Shown here piece by piece: positions 50,924 through 64,000 of a stretch of 64,000 bases of DNA (positions are counted from its first letter, which is position 1; every line of letters starts with the position of its first letter). A program made the position numbers and the translations under genes. The notes beneath the pieces are model-generated. The model had not been told where the DNA came from and did not search any database. It worked only from the letters and a program-made list of their open reading frames with translations. This DNA is from Lophium mytilinum (Eukaryota): assembly GCA_010093605.1 (NCBI GenBank), contig MU004181.1, forward strand, positions 1,612,001 through 1,676,000. The letters are read 5' to 3'.

Positions 50924-51342
50924 ATGGGTTTGATGTGATGAAAAGTAGATTGGAGAGTGACGGGACGGGTTAGTGGCGGGATGAGCGGCTCGAGGCGCTT
51001 GAGGGCTTCCTCGGTATATTGAATAGCTCTTGGTTCTGGTAGAGGAGTGGAATATCAATCCGCTTTTTCTGGCTATTTATGAAATTCGATGTGACGGCTT
51101 GGATGTGAGATGTCGAATGTGATGAATGAATTAATGTGTTAGGGTATGAGGAGTGAAAATTCAGTGATGAACTAACAGTCTACTGATTTTGATAAGTTAT
51201 GAGAAAGGTGCAAAGAATATCTGTGTCTGCTCTTGGTCCGTCACTAATCTATATATTAGGCTGCTATGTGCCTGCGAGAAATGTCGCGAATCATCACCAG
51301 AAGATATGGTAGTGAAGGTATCCTTCAGCAGGATCAAAGGCC

Positions 51343-52212
51343 TCAATCCGATAAACAACAAAGAGTCCGAAAGCTGCTTAGCCCCTTCATAAAGTCTGCA
51401 AGCTCCGGGTTCCAGCCGTCGCCGGTCTGGACGTATTTTGCCAATTTCATAAACCGGTAGAGGTGGTTTCTAACAGCAAATGAGTCGAACCTGAGCTGAT
51501 TCGGGCGTCCGGGCATCTTCAAGTCCCAATGCCGCCCGTTTTTTTCGACGCAAATGATGTGCCACACCAGAGTAGCGGCAACGGCGTAGAAGAAAGGTCC
51601 GCAAGCGCCAGGGTCAACTGTGGCTGAGTCGTTCTGCTGTCCTTGCTTCGGAGTGTTTTTAACTTTCAAGTACGTGAACTTCTCACGTATTCCCAAAAGT
51701 CGTTGCAGACCGGCGTCCACATATGCTGCGGTCTTCCATAGCGGTGTCGCCATCGAGTCGATGTAGTAAGACTTCTTGAGGACCAAGTCGATGGCCAGTA
51801 GACACCAATGGGTTCCGTGGAAGCCCTCATCGTCAGAAAAGGTTTGTTCATAGCCGTCGTTGATTGGTATAAACACCCAGTGCTTGTCCATTAGGCTGTC
51901 CCTTACTTTCTCGAGGCCGCTCAGATCCTCGTGGCTGGATAATTGATCGTCTTTAATCCCTATTTGGCAAAGAGCCCTAGCATCGGTGGGGTTCATGAGG
52001 TAGACTCCCTTCTCATTGCAGCTGGTCCAGATGCCTAGCAGCTCAAACGCGACTGCAATAACGTTGTCTGAGATCCATCCATCTTCTCTGATGCCCTTGA
52101 GGATGGGAATATCCTCGTTATAAACAACCGAGTGCTTCAGTTCAAGGAAGGCCTCTCCCGGTCTTACCGCTGGTATGACAGAGAGCCAAAGGTGGTCCTC
52201 TTCCACTAACAT
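51343..52212 (-). CDS. Ulp1/C48-family cysteine protease (NEDD8/SUMO deconjugase-like)
   Basis: WISDNVI, VFIPIND, GTHWCLL, YYIDS, QQN..ACG; His-Asp-Gln-Cys order. Confidence 0.85.
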   Translation of the reverse strand: MLVEEDHLWLSVIPAVRPGEAFLELKHSVVYNEDIPILKGIREDGWISDNVIAVAFELLGIWTSCNEKGVYLMNPTDARALCQIGIKDDQLSSHEDLSGLEKVRDSLMDKHWVFIPINDGYEQTFSDDEGFHGTHWCLLAIDLVLKKSYYIDSMATPLWKTAAYVDAGLQRLLGIREKFTYLKVKNTPKQGQQNDSATVDPGACGPFFYAVAATLVWHIICVEKNGRHWDLKMPGRPNQLRFDSFAVRNHLYRFMKLAKYVQTGDGWNPELADFMKGLSSFRTLCCLSD

Positions 52213-52533
52213 TGTAGCACTTCTCTGGCTACGTACTGTTTACTAGATCTTGAATTTGCCGTAGAATGTAGTTGTGATTTTGTTAATCGCGGGAAAGTCG
52301 CTCCTTGCAAGTGGTATCCTGTCAAGAGATAGTTGAGATTCGAGGTCTCAAAGCCTTAAATCATGGGTACGTATGGCTGAACCAAGATGCAATTCAGAGG
52401 TGCTGACACGGAAGCGCGGCATGACTTCGCTTCGTTCGCTTTGTCGAAACAAAGGCACTCGTGGATGACCTTTGTCCAAGGAGTGCTGCACGGCTGTAAC
52501 AAGGTGACTTTGGCACAAAGAACCGTGCGAAGT

Positions 52534-54306
52534 CTACAAAGACGCTGTATCGACTGGCCGGTTCGTCCTTGACCCTCTCATAACCACGACTCTATGAGAC
52601 GCAAGTGCCTCGCGCATTTTTTGCATGAAATTACCAATCCAGGAATAAGATGGCATTCTCGACAGCTCGTGCATCGTTGTTACAAGTTCGGCAAACTCTA
52701 CTTCCGGATCTCCAGCAGTGTCGGCGGCATATTGCAAAGCTGAAGCAAGAGGGAATGAGATAGCTTGACTAGCAAATATCCCCGAGTCTGCTCGCAAAAA
52801 GTATTTGACGAATCGGGAGATGATGATAGCGTAGAGATTCGGATACGTCCTCGTTGGAAGTACAACCCGCGCTTGGTCTATCACGTGCTCCGATAAAGTC
52901 CTGATTGCAGTGTGCAGAAAGTAATAGGTGTGTAAACAAGCTGACCAATACAGAACGGCCGTATACAGAACGTCGTATCCCAGTTTTGCGAAATGCTCTG
53001 GTGAAAGACTTGTGGGGTCGGACGTGAAGGCATCGGCCATCAAACGCATCTCAGCTGGGGAATTTGATAGCTGACGGGAAAACCGTTGACTCCATTCTTG
53101 TAATTGTTGGTCTATTCTCCAGCCCCTCCTTACGAGACCTCGAAGTTTCGCCAACTCGGCGTGATTTGGGGCTTCTATGCTCCACTGAATGGTGTCGTGC
53201 TCCTCGAGAATGGCAGGTAAGAGCGCAAAGATACTGACCAGTTCGTCTCTGAGCGTCTTCGGAGTTCTTCCCCATGGCAGAGTACTCCATTCTCGTGTTG
53301 TAAGATATGTCGCCCTTCGGAGACCAACAGCAGCAATGACCTAGATGATTCAGAGCTCTGAAATCCAAGAGCAGAACACAGGATACATACCATTGGTATA
53401 CGTGAATCAATGAACATGACGTGCTCATCATCCGAGCAATGGTGATGTGGCCCTCGGAGTTCAATGAGCCGAGCTACGCCTTGAACATGGTTCATCCAGT
53501 TCTTACCCGGGGACCTCCTGTCTTTGGTACTGTTATGTTGCTAGACAGAGTCAGATTAGCTGATCAAAATGCGAAAAGAGGGCTCGGTATACTTCGAACA
53601 TTGCAAGTAATTTACAAGAAGCAAGCAACTCGACTCTTCTAGCCTGCTGCGGGTCTCTCAGAGCCCGGTTGAGTTGAGCGAGGGCTATCCCATAGAATTC
53701 GATTCCTTGCTGCATCATGGCTGCATTTCCGGTAGTAGATCCGATTCTTGAAGTGCTCACAGCGCGTAACGCAAACCTGTTCATCATCAGACCCAATGCG
53801 CCAAAACTATTTGACGGAGAATTAGACCTCAAGACGTCACAGCTAGAGCTGTGCTTTTCTACAGCCTCTACCCATTGTGACACTGCAGGAATGCCATAAT
53901 TTTGAGTACTACACTTGTGTGCCTCGGGAAGGAATTCGTTCCAGAAAAGCTCGAATGTCTTGGCTTCAAACGCTGAACAACCCAGGTTCTGTGGCAGAGG
54001 TTCAAAAGATGACGCTACTCGCAATTGCATGGCTGTCTGGTCTGATTTTGGCCTTGCAGTGGTTCGGCGTGACAGATCTGTACGACTTCTTGGTACGGGC
54101 ACGGAGGGATCATGCTGAATGATTGTGAGGTCTCGATTATAGCCGCCACATATGAGATTGCTGCGAATGCATTGGCCACAAGAAGGCCGCTGAAGGTCAC
54201 ACTACAACTTCTTAGCGTTCAGAATCCTTACAGGCTAAATACTCACTCCTTTCTTCCTCGTCCTGCAGGTTTTGCAGCCCTTGGAGCGACCGGGAACTCC
54301 AACCAT
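52534..54306 (-). CDS. Zn(II)2Cys6 transcription factor, multi-exon
   Basis: MVGVPGRSKGCKTCRTRKKG|CDLQRPSCGQCIRSNLICGGY; downstream YGIAL..LLAMFE..WMNHVQG..IELRGP region. Confidence 0.88.
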
Positions 54307-55239
54307 TACGCTTACTCGCCAGCAGTGGGTGACTGAGGGGCATGGCAGATCAGCTTACGACACGGCCGGGGGAGGCGCAAGGCGTGCAGCCTGCGTTCCG
54401 GAATCGATAGCGAGCGTGCAGAGAGCTAAGGGGTATGAAGGGAAGTGTTTGGAGAGGTTGCACGGAGCGTAAGGCGCATTAGTAAGCCATGGCGCTACTT
54501 AGTGCATTTTCATACCTTTGTACGCTGCCGGTCGGCGTACAGTCTGTCACTATCCGGAACCCCAAAACGAAGTACCTCTGACCAGTTTTTAACCAAACCC
54601 CAGGAATCATGCAGTAGTCCCATGCTTCCGACGAACAGATATAAAGGCAGCAGTGAGTATGACTGCGATTTACCTTCTCTGAACCTTCGTGTACGCGATG
54701 GATCGCCATAGACGAGGGCGGAATCTGGCTATTGTCGATGGGAGATTTGCAAGCTTCGATCAGCTTATATCGTATGGACCTGCAGGCCACTCTCAAATCA
54801 GGCCTCTCACGCTATCCTGACCTGGCATGGCAAGATAAGATACTTGCACCTGGTACAGCAGCGAAACGTTCCCTGATGCAGAGTGGGAGCTCCTTAGGGG
54901 CCTGATATGTTGCAAACGACTCCAATTTCTAACCGCGCGCCTAAGCCACTGAAGGTGACTATCTGCTCACCCAAGATCTCGCAGGCCCTGAGGGGTTTCA
55001 AATTTGCGGCGCAGTGTTCTTGCAAACGCCCTTTGGCAATGCCCTTCGGCGTCGCGAGGGGCTTATATAGTCCTCCCCTACATTATTTTTGTTCAATCAT
55101 CCACCTCAGCCAGCCCCTACCGTCCCCATCAATCAATCTGTATCTTTCACAACCGGGTCAGAAATCTGCAACCCTTAACTCCTCGCCAATTTAACACCCA
55201 TTCCCCCGTGCCACCACCAAATCACACGCCTTAGAAGAT

Positions 55240-56472
55240 ATGAACGACAATACTACCGAAGTCGATGAAATCTCCACTACAATAGAGAAGATCTCGGATT
55301 TATCTTGCAAAGACACCCCACATAGCGAGGGTGGTTCCTTGTCCTTTTCATCGACCCTAGCTGTCAAGAAGGAGTTCTCGCTGCCCCACGAGGTCGATGC
55401 AGCACTTTTCTCTGAACAGTCTTGGATTTGCAAGGCCGATTCAGTGCGCCACAGACTGCGAGGAATCCTCATTACACACGACACCTACGACCTTTTCCGT
55501 CTATCGTTCGAATCCGATCCAGCCGCTCGATCCTTTCTAGGGAAGCTCCTCGTAGCTATGTCAAGATCTGGCGAAATCAAAAGAATGTCAGAGCTGCAGC
55601 TCGAAGAAATAAATTCCAACTGGGATGAAACAGCAAGGCCTAGTCATCCGCAATTCCAGCCTGTCGATCTACCTGTCATTGTGGGTTTCAAAGTAATCTT
55701 TTCCCTTTCTTCTCGGTGGGAAATCGTTAAGACGCTCCACTATATTGCCCTATCTCAGGAAATTTTAAATACTTTATGTGAGGATGCGATTTGCAACTCC
55801 CCGCTCACCCCACTACTCGACGCAACATACTCGCCTATGGTGACAAAAGTTCCCTATCTCCGCGATTCTCAGCAACGGTGTTCTGCCGAACGCGAGCTTA
55901 AATCTGCCCTCGAACATAGCTCTCTTGAACAAGACGATAACTCTGGTATGTCTCTCAGTATATTCTTATTCAGCACGTGATGATTTGGAAGCTAAACTGT
56001 ATATGTAGTCTCCAGCATTATCCAGCGCTTAGTCGAGCTTGTTATGGTTGGACGACGGGAACGCTCAGAGCCATTTCTCAATCTTTCAGAAATCACTATC
56101 CCACGTCTACTTCCTCGGGAATCAATGGAAAATCTTTCCCGGGCGATTAAGGTTGCGTGTTTTCAAACTTCCAAACCAGACCAAAGCGCTTCGTTTGAAA
56201 CCCGCGGTATACGAGTTTTTCTTTTCCGCCGTCTCATTGGGACCACTGGTAAGGGTGGTCTTGACGAAGCGTTGACCAAATCGCTTCAAGAGACAGCTTC
56301 AGTCGACCACCTGATTAATAGAGGGAGCGCGCCTGTGATACAGCTAGACAAATATGCGGACGGGTTACTTGATCAAGCGAAGAAGCGCAATCTTAAGAAA
56401 GCTGATGGCGAGGTCCATAAACCCAAACCTCGAGGTATAGCAGAAATGATGTTCTCGGACTGGTTGAGATAG
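55240..56472 (+). CDS. Hypothetical protein, 2 exons
   Basis: ORFs 55240-55980 and 56044-56472 are joined in phase by intron 55946-56008. Confidence 0.6.
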
Positions 56473-57354
56473 AGAGAGAGAGGAAGCTTGAATGAGTTGA
56501 TTGATTGTTGTATTGTACGATGTACGTAGGCTATACAAATGAAAAAACGGAGGGGGCGGTTACGAGGGGGCTGGCTAGTACTGAACCGTCCAACCACCGT
56601 TTTTCAACAGGACTAATACTCAGATATCAACCTTGTGGTACACCGTGAACACGTATCGTTAAGTGAGTATGGTAAGCTACTATGGATGTATATACAGAGA
56701 CAGGTAGTACAACATCCCAATTTGCACCCGAGCACTTTTCTTTCCCGGTTAGGAACTGATCTGCTCATGCTCCAGCCTGAGCTGTGGCTGCGCTCGAGTG
56801 AGCGCACCCTGAGTCCGTAAGGACGATGTGAGAAGTATACGATACTCTATAATCAGAACGCCAATCATGAAGTACGCTGGAGAAGATTTGCGAGATGTGA
56901 GGTGAGGTTATGCGAGATAGACTGCTCGCGAAGAGAATTTCTCTCTGACATTAGTCGCCGGCCTGTTCATTACACATACTGTGACGCCTTGGACGGCACT
57001 CGACCACGAGTTCCAGATAATGAGAGGGAAAATTCCGAAAGATTGCGATAAGATCGGAAGTGATGTTCTATTTGGAGAATGGAGATGTGGAGTTGGAGCG
57101 GTGGCCGGGGGAAGAGGCGTCTTACAGCTCAACATGTGACATCCAACACTTGCAAGTACTTTTCATACGAAACATGTAATTTCGTATACGAGGTGTTGCT
57201 TCGAGTGCTGACCAATAAGCCATTTTGTCTAAGTTAATGTTTGGTAGACCCAATCAGAAGCTTACTCACACTAGGCCACTGCTCCATTCGCATGCAGATC
57301 GAGAACATGGTTGTGACTCTTGCAGGCAGCCTATAATTGCTTCACCAGTTCCAA

Positions 57355-58530
57355 TTAGACGCCCGCCCACACATCTTCGCTGTCATCGACGACTGTCGCC
57401 TTCCCTCTTCCCTTCCCACCTCGGCGTCCTCCACCCCCGCCTCGCTTCTTTCCCTTCCCACGTCCACCAGAAAACTCATCATCTGCTGCATTTGCATCCA
57501 CTACGACTCCTTCGGGCAGGATACCGGCTCTCATTAGCACTTCCCCGCTCCCTTTCCGTGCCTCGACCCTCTTGAAGAACTGGTAGCCCACAAATCCCTT
57601 GTCGTCACCCTCAGTGAGTATGACTCCGTTATCGCTTTTCCAGAATTTGATGCCGGCCTCTAATGCCTTCGTGATATCGATGTAGATGAGAATGGTTGAG
57701 GAATGCCGCATGCCTGATATGACAGGAGGACTTGTCTCTGACTCAGTCTCCGCAACTTCGTTGCTATCTTTGGTGATCGGCTCAACCGGCTTGAAACCCG
57801 TCGGCAGCCCTGACGCAAAATGTATGTGATTTCGTCCCATCCTTCTCAGACCGCCCGTCTTCAGGATTAGTGGCCACGCTGCGTTGGTTGTCCCATGGAT
57901 AACAATCTCCGGGGCATCTTCAGCAGTGATAGGAGTGAGGAGGTTCTCGGAGTCCACTTTGATAGAATGGCCTTGGTTAGCCCGGATCAAAAAACAGCTG
58001 GGGTCTTCAGAATCCAGCCCTTCCGGCTCAGCGATGGCCTCGGTGGCAGAGTCTGCAGCATTGCCAGAAAAGGCTGCAGCTGCGGGTATGAGGGAGAATC
58101 TCTGCTTGTCGTTGTCGGCGACGATGGTTTTGATCTCGTCGAATGTGACTCTAAGGCCTTTTATGCATTGTGTTCGAAGCTGCGTTTCGACTTAGCTTTA
58201 CGAGGATCGATGAGATAATAACTCCTGATGAATTCGAAAAATTTGAGCGCATGCTTCAACTCAATCTCTGAAGCGGGAGAAACTGGAGAATGATTGAATT
58301 TCGGTAGAATTTTTAATGACGAGAGAAGAAGTTTCAGACGAAAATACAGAATGTGGAAAAGGGCCACCTACTACATCCGCGACACTGACATAGCCCCCAT
58401 CGCCCAGCGTCAGTTTTTCTTGCTGTGCTCCATGTCTCAAGAGCCAACTAAGCTTCTTTGACACTTGGACGTCCCGTGGGAGCTCCCTACGCCCACCGCC
58501 TCCGCCTCGACCACCACGTTTGCTCGACAT
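57355..58530 (-). CDS. TPT1: tRNA 2'-phosphotransferase
   Basis: SKKLSWLLRH, DNDKQRF, IRANQGHS, HGT, RNHIHF, SGMR motifs; intron 58180-58371. Confidence 0.95.
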
Positions 58531-58961
58531 CTTTGCAGCGTCAAACGCCGTCCGGGAACGGAAAGCTATACTGAGGCAAGTCCGATTTCACCTTGCCACG
58601 ATGTGTGATGTGTCGCGATGGGCGGATTCAAATTTTCGATGATGATGAGGTTGCGGTGTTGGTGATTTGTTGGTCGAAGTGGATTTTGAGTTGTGGCAGC
58701 CTTACGATTTAATTGCTTTGTAGAGCTAGTGAGTCACGAAACCCTCTTTCCTGCAGGACTCATATTCACCAAGAATCAAGAGAACATCCAAATACAGTGT
58801 ACGGTAAAACTGATTGCGTTAGTATGCATTGCAAATAATAATTCATAACGTCGCAGTCTAGAAGACCATCATTTCATTTGCAGGCAGACGATTACATTAT
58901 TAGGGAGTCGCACAAGTCTAGCTATGCAAATAAAGCCCGGCGGCTTCCCTCCTTGGTTCAT

Positions 58962-61929
58962 TTATTTCAATAGCCCACACATGCACTGACAATCGGGAAC
59001 CGGGCACATTGCATGCCGTGCAAACCAATCCCTCGCATGGTGCCCATGAAATCCATGCGTACATCTCATACAAAATACCATCAGCCTCGTCTCCGAATCC
59101 TCTTCCGCAAGCGCTGCGGCTGCTCCTGGCTTCGCAGGATCTGGGCTCCCGAGCCACATCATACACAGTCCGCACCGAGGCATTTGAGCTCCACAGTTGG
59201 GGCAGGATAGACTTGTTCCCGCGTTCTGACGGCTGAGGAAGCGTTTGCTCGGAGGAGTGGGTTGGTGCGGGTCCGCAACGATATAGTCTCGTTTGCTCTT
59301 GTTATCGCGGCGTAGGGCGAGGTTCATCTGGCAGTTGTGGCAGCGGACTGACAATGCAGGTGATGAAGGTTTATTCAACGATCGGTTTTCGCGTGTAACA
59401 GATCGTAAATTGTGTTCTTTGATGAAATGAGTCCGTTCCAGGAATGTTCGCCAAGTCTGCATCTGCGACAAATATGTGTCTTTCCAGAGTGACCAACGGG
59501 AGTCGTTGATATACAGCGGATTGGTGCGTGCCATGGCAAGAACGGCAGTCTGTATGTCGCCGAACTTAGCAATGTAATGCTCGAAGATGTTCATCGCTTG
59601 TTCAGTAAGGCCAGTCAGGATCAGTCCCTCGACGTTGCCGTATACAATTGCTTCGCTCTGGGCAATGTGGAGGAAAGATCCAAGACGTTCGTCATCCAAA
59701 TATTTGAGGGCAACTCCAACGCGGTCAGTCAGGGATAATTGCTTCATATCAGTAACGGTGCTCCACTCGCCGCTAATGAAGTATGCCAGCAGCGCTTTCA
59801 GATATGGATCGTCTGTTTCCTCAGCCATCCAAGAGCACATGTGTCGTTGCTCATCATTGACCGAGTCGCAAGCAATGACAGCTGCAAGTCCAATGGTGTG
59901 CAGCAACTTCTGCTGTATGGCATATCTTAAAAGATCTAAGGCAACGTCCTTGTAACCTTTGAAAACGGCGAGGACGATGGCTTTGTGATATTCGCCCCGA
60001 TCCATAAGTGCCATGCACTTTTCGCGTAGCCCTTTCGTAGATAGGTTCCATCCGCAAATAGAAAGACAGAGTTGCCGATGCTCTGGAAAACTTGTGTGGA
60101 CGCCCTGAAATTCGGGAAATTCCATCTCTTTGCAGATAACCTTAACTGCTGTCACGAAGGTGGATTTTGATGGTTCTTCCACATCAATAACCCGTTGATC
60201 AATTGAGCCGAGCTTGTTGGACCATATCGAGCTTACACCCAGGTAAGTCAGATCGAGACCATTCGCTATCATGCCATCCTCGTATGCCAAAACATCCAAC
60301 CTTGAAATAAGGCCCCACATATCAACTAACCACGGATCGTTGGCAACAATCTTTTGGTTCTTTCGACAGTCCATGTTGTAGCCTTCTTGACATCTTCTCT
60401 TATGAGTCTCAAGCACCTTCAAAACATCTGAAAGCTTGACTCTCACATCTGGGAAGGCAAGAGTGAGCAGATCCTCATGGAGCTCCCTGCTTGAATGGTC
60501 AGAGGATTGAATATTGATCGCTGATGGTGTTCGTCTCGGCTGGTCGATGGAGAATTTATCTAAACGCTCAGACAAATTTTCCTTAGGGTTCGGAGTCACT
60601 GCGTGTTTCTCGCCCAGGGCTTTGTTTTGGAGGATTGTTAAGTCTTCCGCAACGGTCCCATGCCTCTGGCTTGGCTTAGCGATCATTTCACGGTTCTTGT
60701 ATATTTCATCGAGCACCGTCACGTTGATACGGGCTGCTGGAGCAGGAACCCTCAATAGCTCAACATCCCGGTTTGGGCGAAGAGCAAGTGCACATTGTCC
60801 GCTGATAGGACTACCCACGTTCATGAAATCACACGCTATGACGCGCGTGCCTTCGTTTTGCCCGTGTCGTTCGTCGTAGTATGGATATTGCAAATTGTGC
60901 GAAGTCTTCGTATAATGGGGAGAAGTCCATGATGAAATGCCCTGAGGAGGAATCTGCGTGAGATGGGACTCGATTTTGTGCGAATGTTGCGCAAGCTCGA
61001 CAACCTTCAGTTCTCCTGTATTTGATAGCACTCCGAAGGATGCTCTCCTTGTGCCGGAAAACCGAAGGCTCCAAATGGTTGCAGACTGGGTATTGTCTAC
61101 CACAGGTCGGATCTCGAGCACAGCACCGGTCTGCGATGCTTCTCCAGGGGTGCCCGGCGTGGAGCGTGTGGCGAAACGTTTATCCCAAACGCTTACAGCC
61201 GGGTCGCCAGTGGGCCCCGCTGATATGAAATAGTTCTCGTCGAGCGGATCTATCGCTACGTTATGGACTTGACGAGTTGGAAATTGAGCCGCACCAGATC
61301 CTCCGGAATCTACGCATTTCATGTCAGTTTTCTCGTGAAAGGCGCCTGAACAGGCGTGAGTAGTGGTAAATTTCAGCTAGCTTACCACGCAAATCGTACA
61401 ACCGAATGCATTGTCGAGAGACCCCTGCAATCAGAGTATCCGGCTGGCCAGTAAAGAATTTGATGCTTGTGATAGCTTCTGAGCTAGCCAGCTTCCTATA
61501 CGGTTCTTGTAGAGCCGCAACAGACGGAGTATTAAGATCATAGATATTCATACAAAAATCATTACGCACTCGATCCAAACCTGTTGCCAGGCAGTTCTTA
61601 GCGCTGAAAGCTATCGAGTTACACTTTCTTTGATGTTTGATGGAGAACGTATGAATGTACTCGGAATGCGGCCGGTCGGCATTGATCTCAACCACAGTCG
61701 CTTCACCAGACGCAGACCCCAAGGCGACGATATGCTCGTCTTTCTTGGACCAGTCGAAGGCGGTGAAGTTTGGGAGTTTATCTCGTTGACAAAGCTGCTT
61801 GTACTGTACTTTGCCTTGGTCGAAGGAGTCGATCTGACATAACCGTAATCGATTTCCCGCAACATCAATGATGAGAAAACGAGGTTTCTGCTTCGTAGAA
61901 TGAGGCGACCATCTGATAGCTGCTTCCAT
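58962..61929 (-). CDS. SEA4: SEACAT/GATOR2 subunit Sea4/MIOS (WD40 plus C-terminal zinc/RING)
   Basis: WD40 region with GLDRVRND; intron 61310-61385; GLILTG; CPNCG..PRCGLC..FCMRCTHGFHGHHARDWF..CPVPDCQC. Confidence 0.93.
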
Positions 61930-62236
61930 GTTACTGATATGTCACCGGGTGATTTGGGTCATCGGTGTTTTGAGGGGAAGGGTGTTGGGATGATACTGTT
62001 CATCTTAAAAACGCATGCTCGGCAGCCTCTGTGCCTTTAGAGGTGTATTAGGAGCCTGGACGAGAACAAATGCTTAGGAGTGTCGGGATCACGTTCGCGA
62101 TAGAGGCGCGTGTGAGGTTTGTGAGGTCTCGCCGAAGTGCGCGATGCGGGGTATGGTCACCCGTATGTTGCGGTAGACGAAGCGGGCGAATTAATTCTCC
62201 CCCAGCTCTCCTCCACTACAACCTACAATCGCAGTC

Positions 62237-63263
62237 ATGCCTCGAAAACGAAAGCTCCCCGAACTCAGTGAAGATGTCACGGCGACCGTGCCCTCTTTAT
62301 CCGACCCTGTCAAGAAGCAGAAGAGGCCTGCCCTGCCTGACCCTCCTGTGCAGGTCTCCAACTCAAAACCACGACCTCGACCATCCTACAAGCCGAACTC
62401 AAAACCCTCCGGCCCGCCAACATCGAATCCAAATTCCCTCAATTCCCTGAAGACTCGGATCCGAAACCTCAAACGCCTCCTCGAACACACTGATCATGAC
62501 AGAGGCTACAAAATGCCAGCTGGCGTGCGCATTGTCCGTGAGCGCGAGCTAGCGACCTGCGAGCACGATCTAGAGGAGAAGACAAGCGCTGCAAAGGACT
62601 CAAAACACAGGCAGAAATTGATCGGTAGATATCACCAGGTGCGGTTCTTTGGTAAGTACACCTTTTGCATTGGTATTATGAAGGGAAAGCCTTGTCTAAT
62701 GCTACCTAGAACGTCAAAAGGCTACCCGTGTACTGAAGAAGATTCGTCGCGAACTCGAAGCTGCGACTAATCCGGCAGAGAAAGAAGAGGTGCTCCGCAG
62801 AGTGCATGTCGCTGAAGTGGATCTGAACTACACGATGTACTACCCTCTTGTGCGACCCTACTCTGCACTATTTCCAAAGAACCAAGGCGACGGACCTACG
62901 ACGCGGTCATATCCCACACCGGATGTCGAAGAAGACAGCGCAGGGGGCCAGGATGCGAGGACTTTTGAAGATCGAAAGGCGGCACCGAGTACCAAAGGTG
63001 ACCCCACCATGTGGAAGGCGGTAGAGCGAGCAATGGAAGAAGGCACTTTAGATGCCCTTCGGAATAGCAAGCCCCTAGAACGGGTTTCTCAAGCGACAAA
63101 ACAGCTACAAATTGCAAAGAAGGAAAGCGATCCGAGGCGGAAGCATAGTCAAAAGGAGAAAGGACGGGATCCACGAGGGACCTACACGAAGCCCGGTACC
63201 GGGCGTACCACTGATGATCTTATTAGCGAGAATGAAGACAGCGATGGCGGGTTTTTCGAGTAG
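62237..63263 (+). CDS. EFG1: rRNA-processing protein Efg1
   Basis: LKTRIRNLKRLL, RYHQVRFF|ERQKATR (intron 62652-62709), EVDLNYTMYYPL..YSALF, DGGFFE end. Confidence 0.92.
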
Positions 63264-64000
63264 AGCGTGCGTGCCTTCATCAACGGTACAAAGAGAGCGG
63301 GTCGGCGCGAGCTGTTCTGGTCGGCGGAGAACTACTGCGGATTCGGATTGAGCGTACAGCACGCGGAACCAAGATCCACGGCATTCAGGCCTTAGTGGCT
63401 CTACGAGGGTTCGGGAAGATGCTGGGCTTCCTGGGCCCGCATGTTACTTGGTACTCTTCAGAGATGGTAGAACCTCAAACAGACAGGCTTCGATACCAAC
63501 ATCCATGAAAGCCAGAAAACAAACAATCCATAATTTGTTCATCAACATTGACAGCACGTGACCTTTTCCAATCGTCACGCTCTTCGATACATGAATGAGG
63601 AGACCTCGGGAGATGATAACCTGTGTAGTGAATGGTAGCAGAGCTCCCGTCTATTTATTGATATATGGGGACGTAGGATTACGGAGCACGCTTGCAGGGA
63701 GCCCATCATGTCACCGGCATTCTGAGGCCATGGTAATTAGGATATTCTCGTGGGAGTTGAGGCAGTGCAGCATGCATGGAAATTGTCTCATCATCAGCAA
63801 AGGAAACTGAGGCTGTGGAACGAGGATCTGGTCAGGGAGCGGGTGGCTTGGAGAATCGGAGCTACCTATCACAAACCCCAGCACCACCCCGGAATGTTTC
63901 ATCGCCAAGCTGCAAGCACAATCCTCGTCGGCGATGCTGCTTGTACCCTGAACTCCTACCTCCTACCGGCTCAGATGAGCACAGCAGCTTTCAGGGTCGC

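Noticed and set aside
57355..58530. Functional clustering of TPT1 with the intron-containing tRNA
   Set aside because: 27 kb apart with unrelated genes between; likely coincidence.

Overview
Genomic DNA of a filamentous ascomycete (Pezizomycotina), with GT-AG introns and CTAAC branch sites. Core-like genes: a membrane EGF-like protein, STL1-type sugar transporter, histidine acid phosphatase, GMC oxidoreductase, SET protein, MOT1, STM1-like protein, bZIP and Zn2Cys6 factors, an arrestin-like protein, ABM protein, Ulp1/NEDD8-type protease, TPT1, SEA4/MIOS and EFG1. An accessory block at about 21.1-29.4 kb holds a HET-domain gene and three decaying genes (BTB-like, GIY-YIG-like, and one with a HicA-like C terminus disrupted by a Tc1/mariner-type MITE). 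The most striking item is a tRNA-Asp(GTC) gene at 29836-29982 carrying a normal anticodon-loop intron plus a 56-nt spliceosome-type intron (GTAAGC...GCTAAC...CAG) in the variable loop; exact GT-AG removal restores a complete cloverleaf. Also notable: a 138-nt structured repeat present twice, 24 kb apart, and an unidentified B-box-containing structured RNA candidate near 5.0-5.24 kb. All calls were made by reading the sequence by eye; no searches or folding programs were run.
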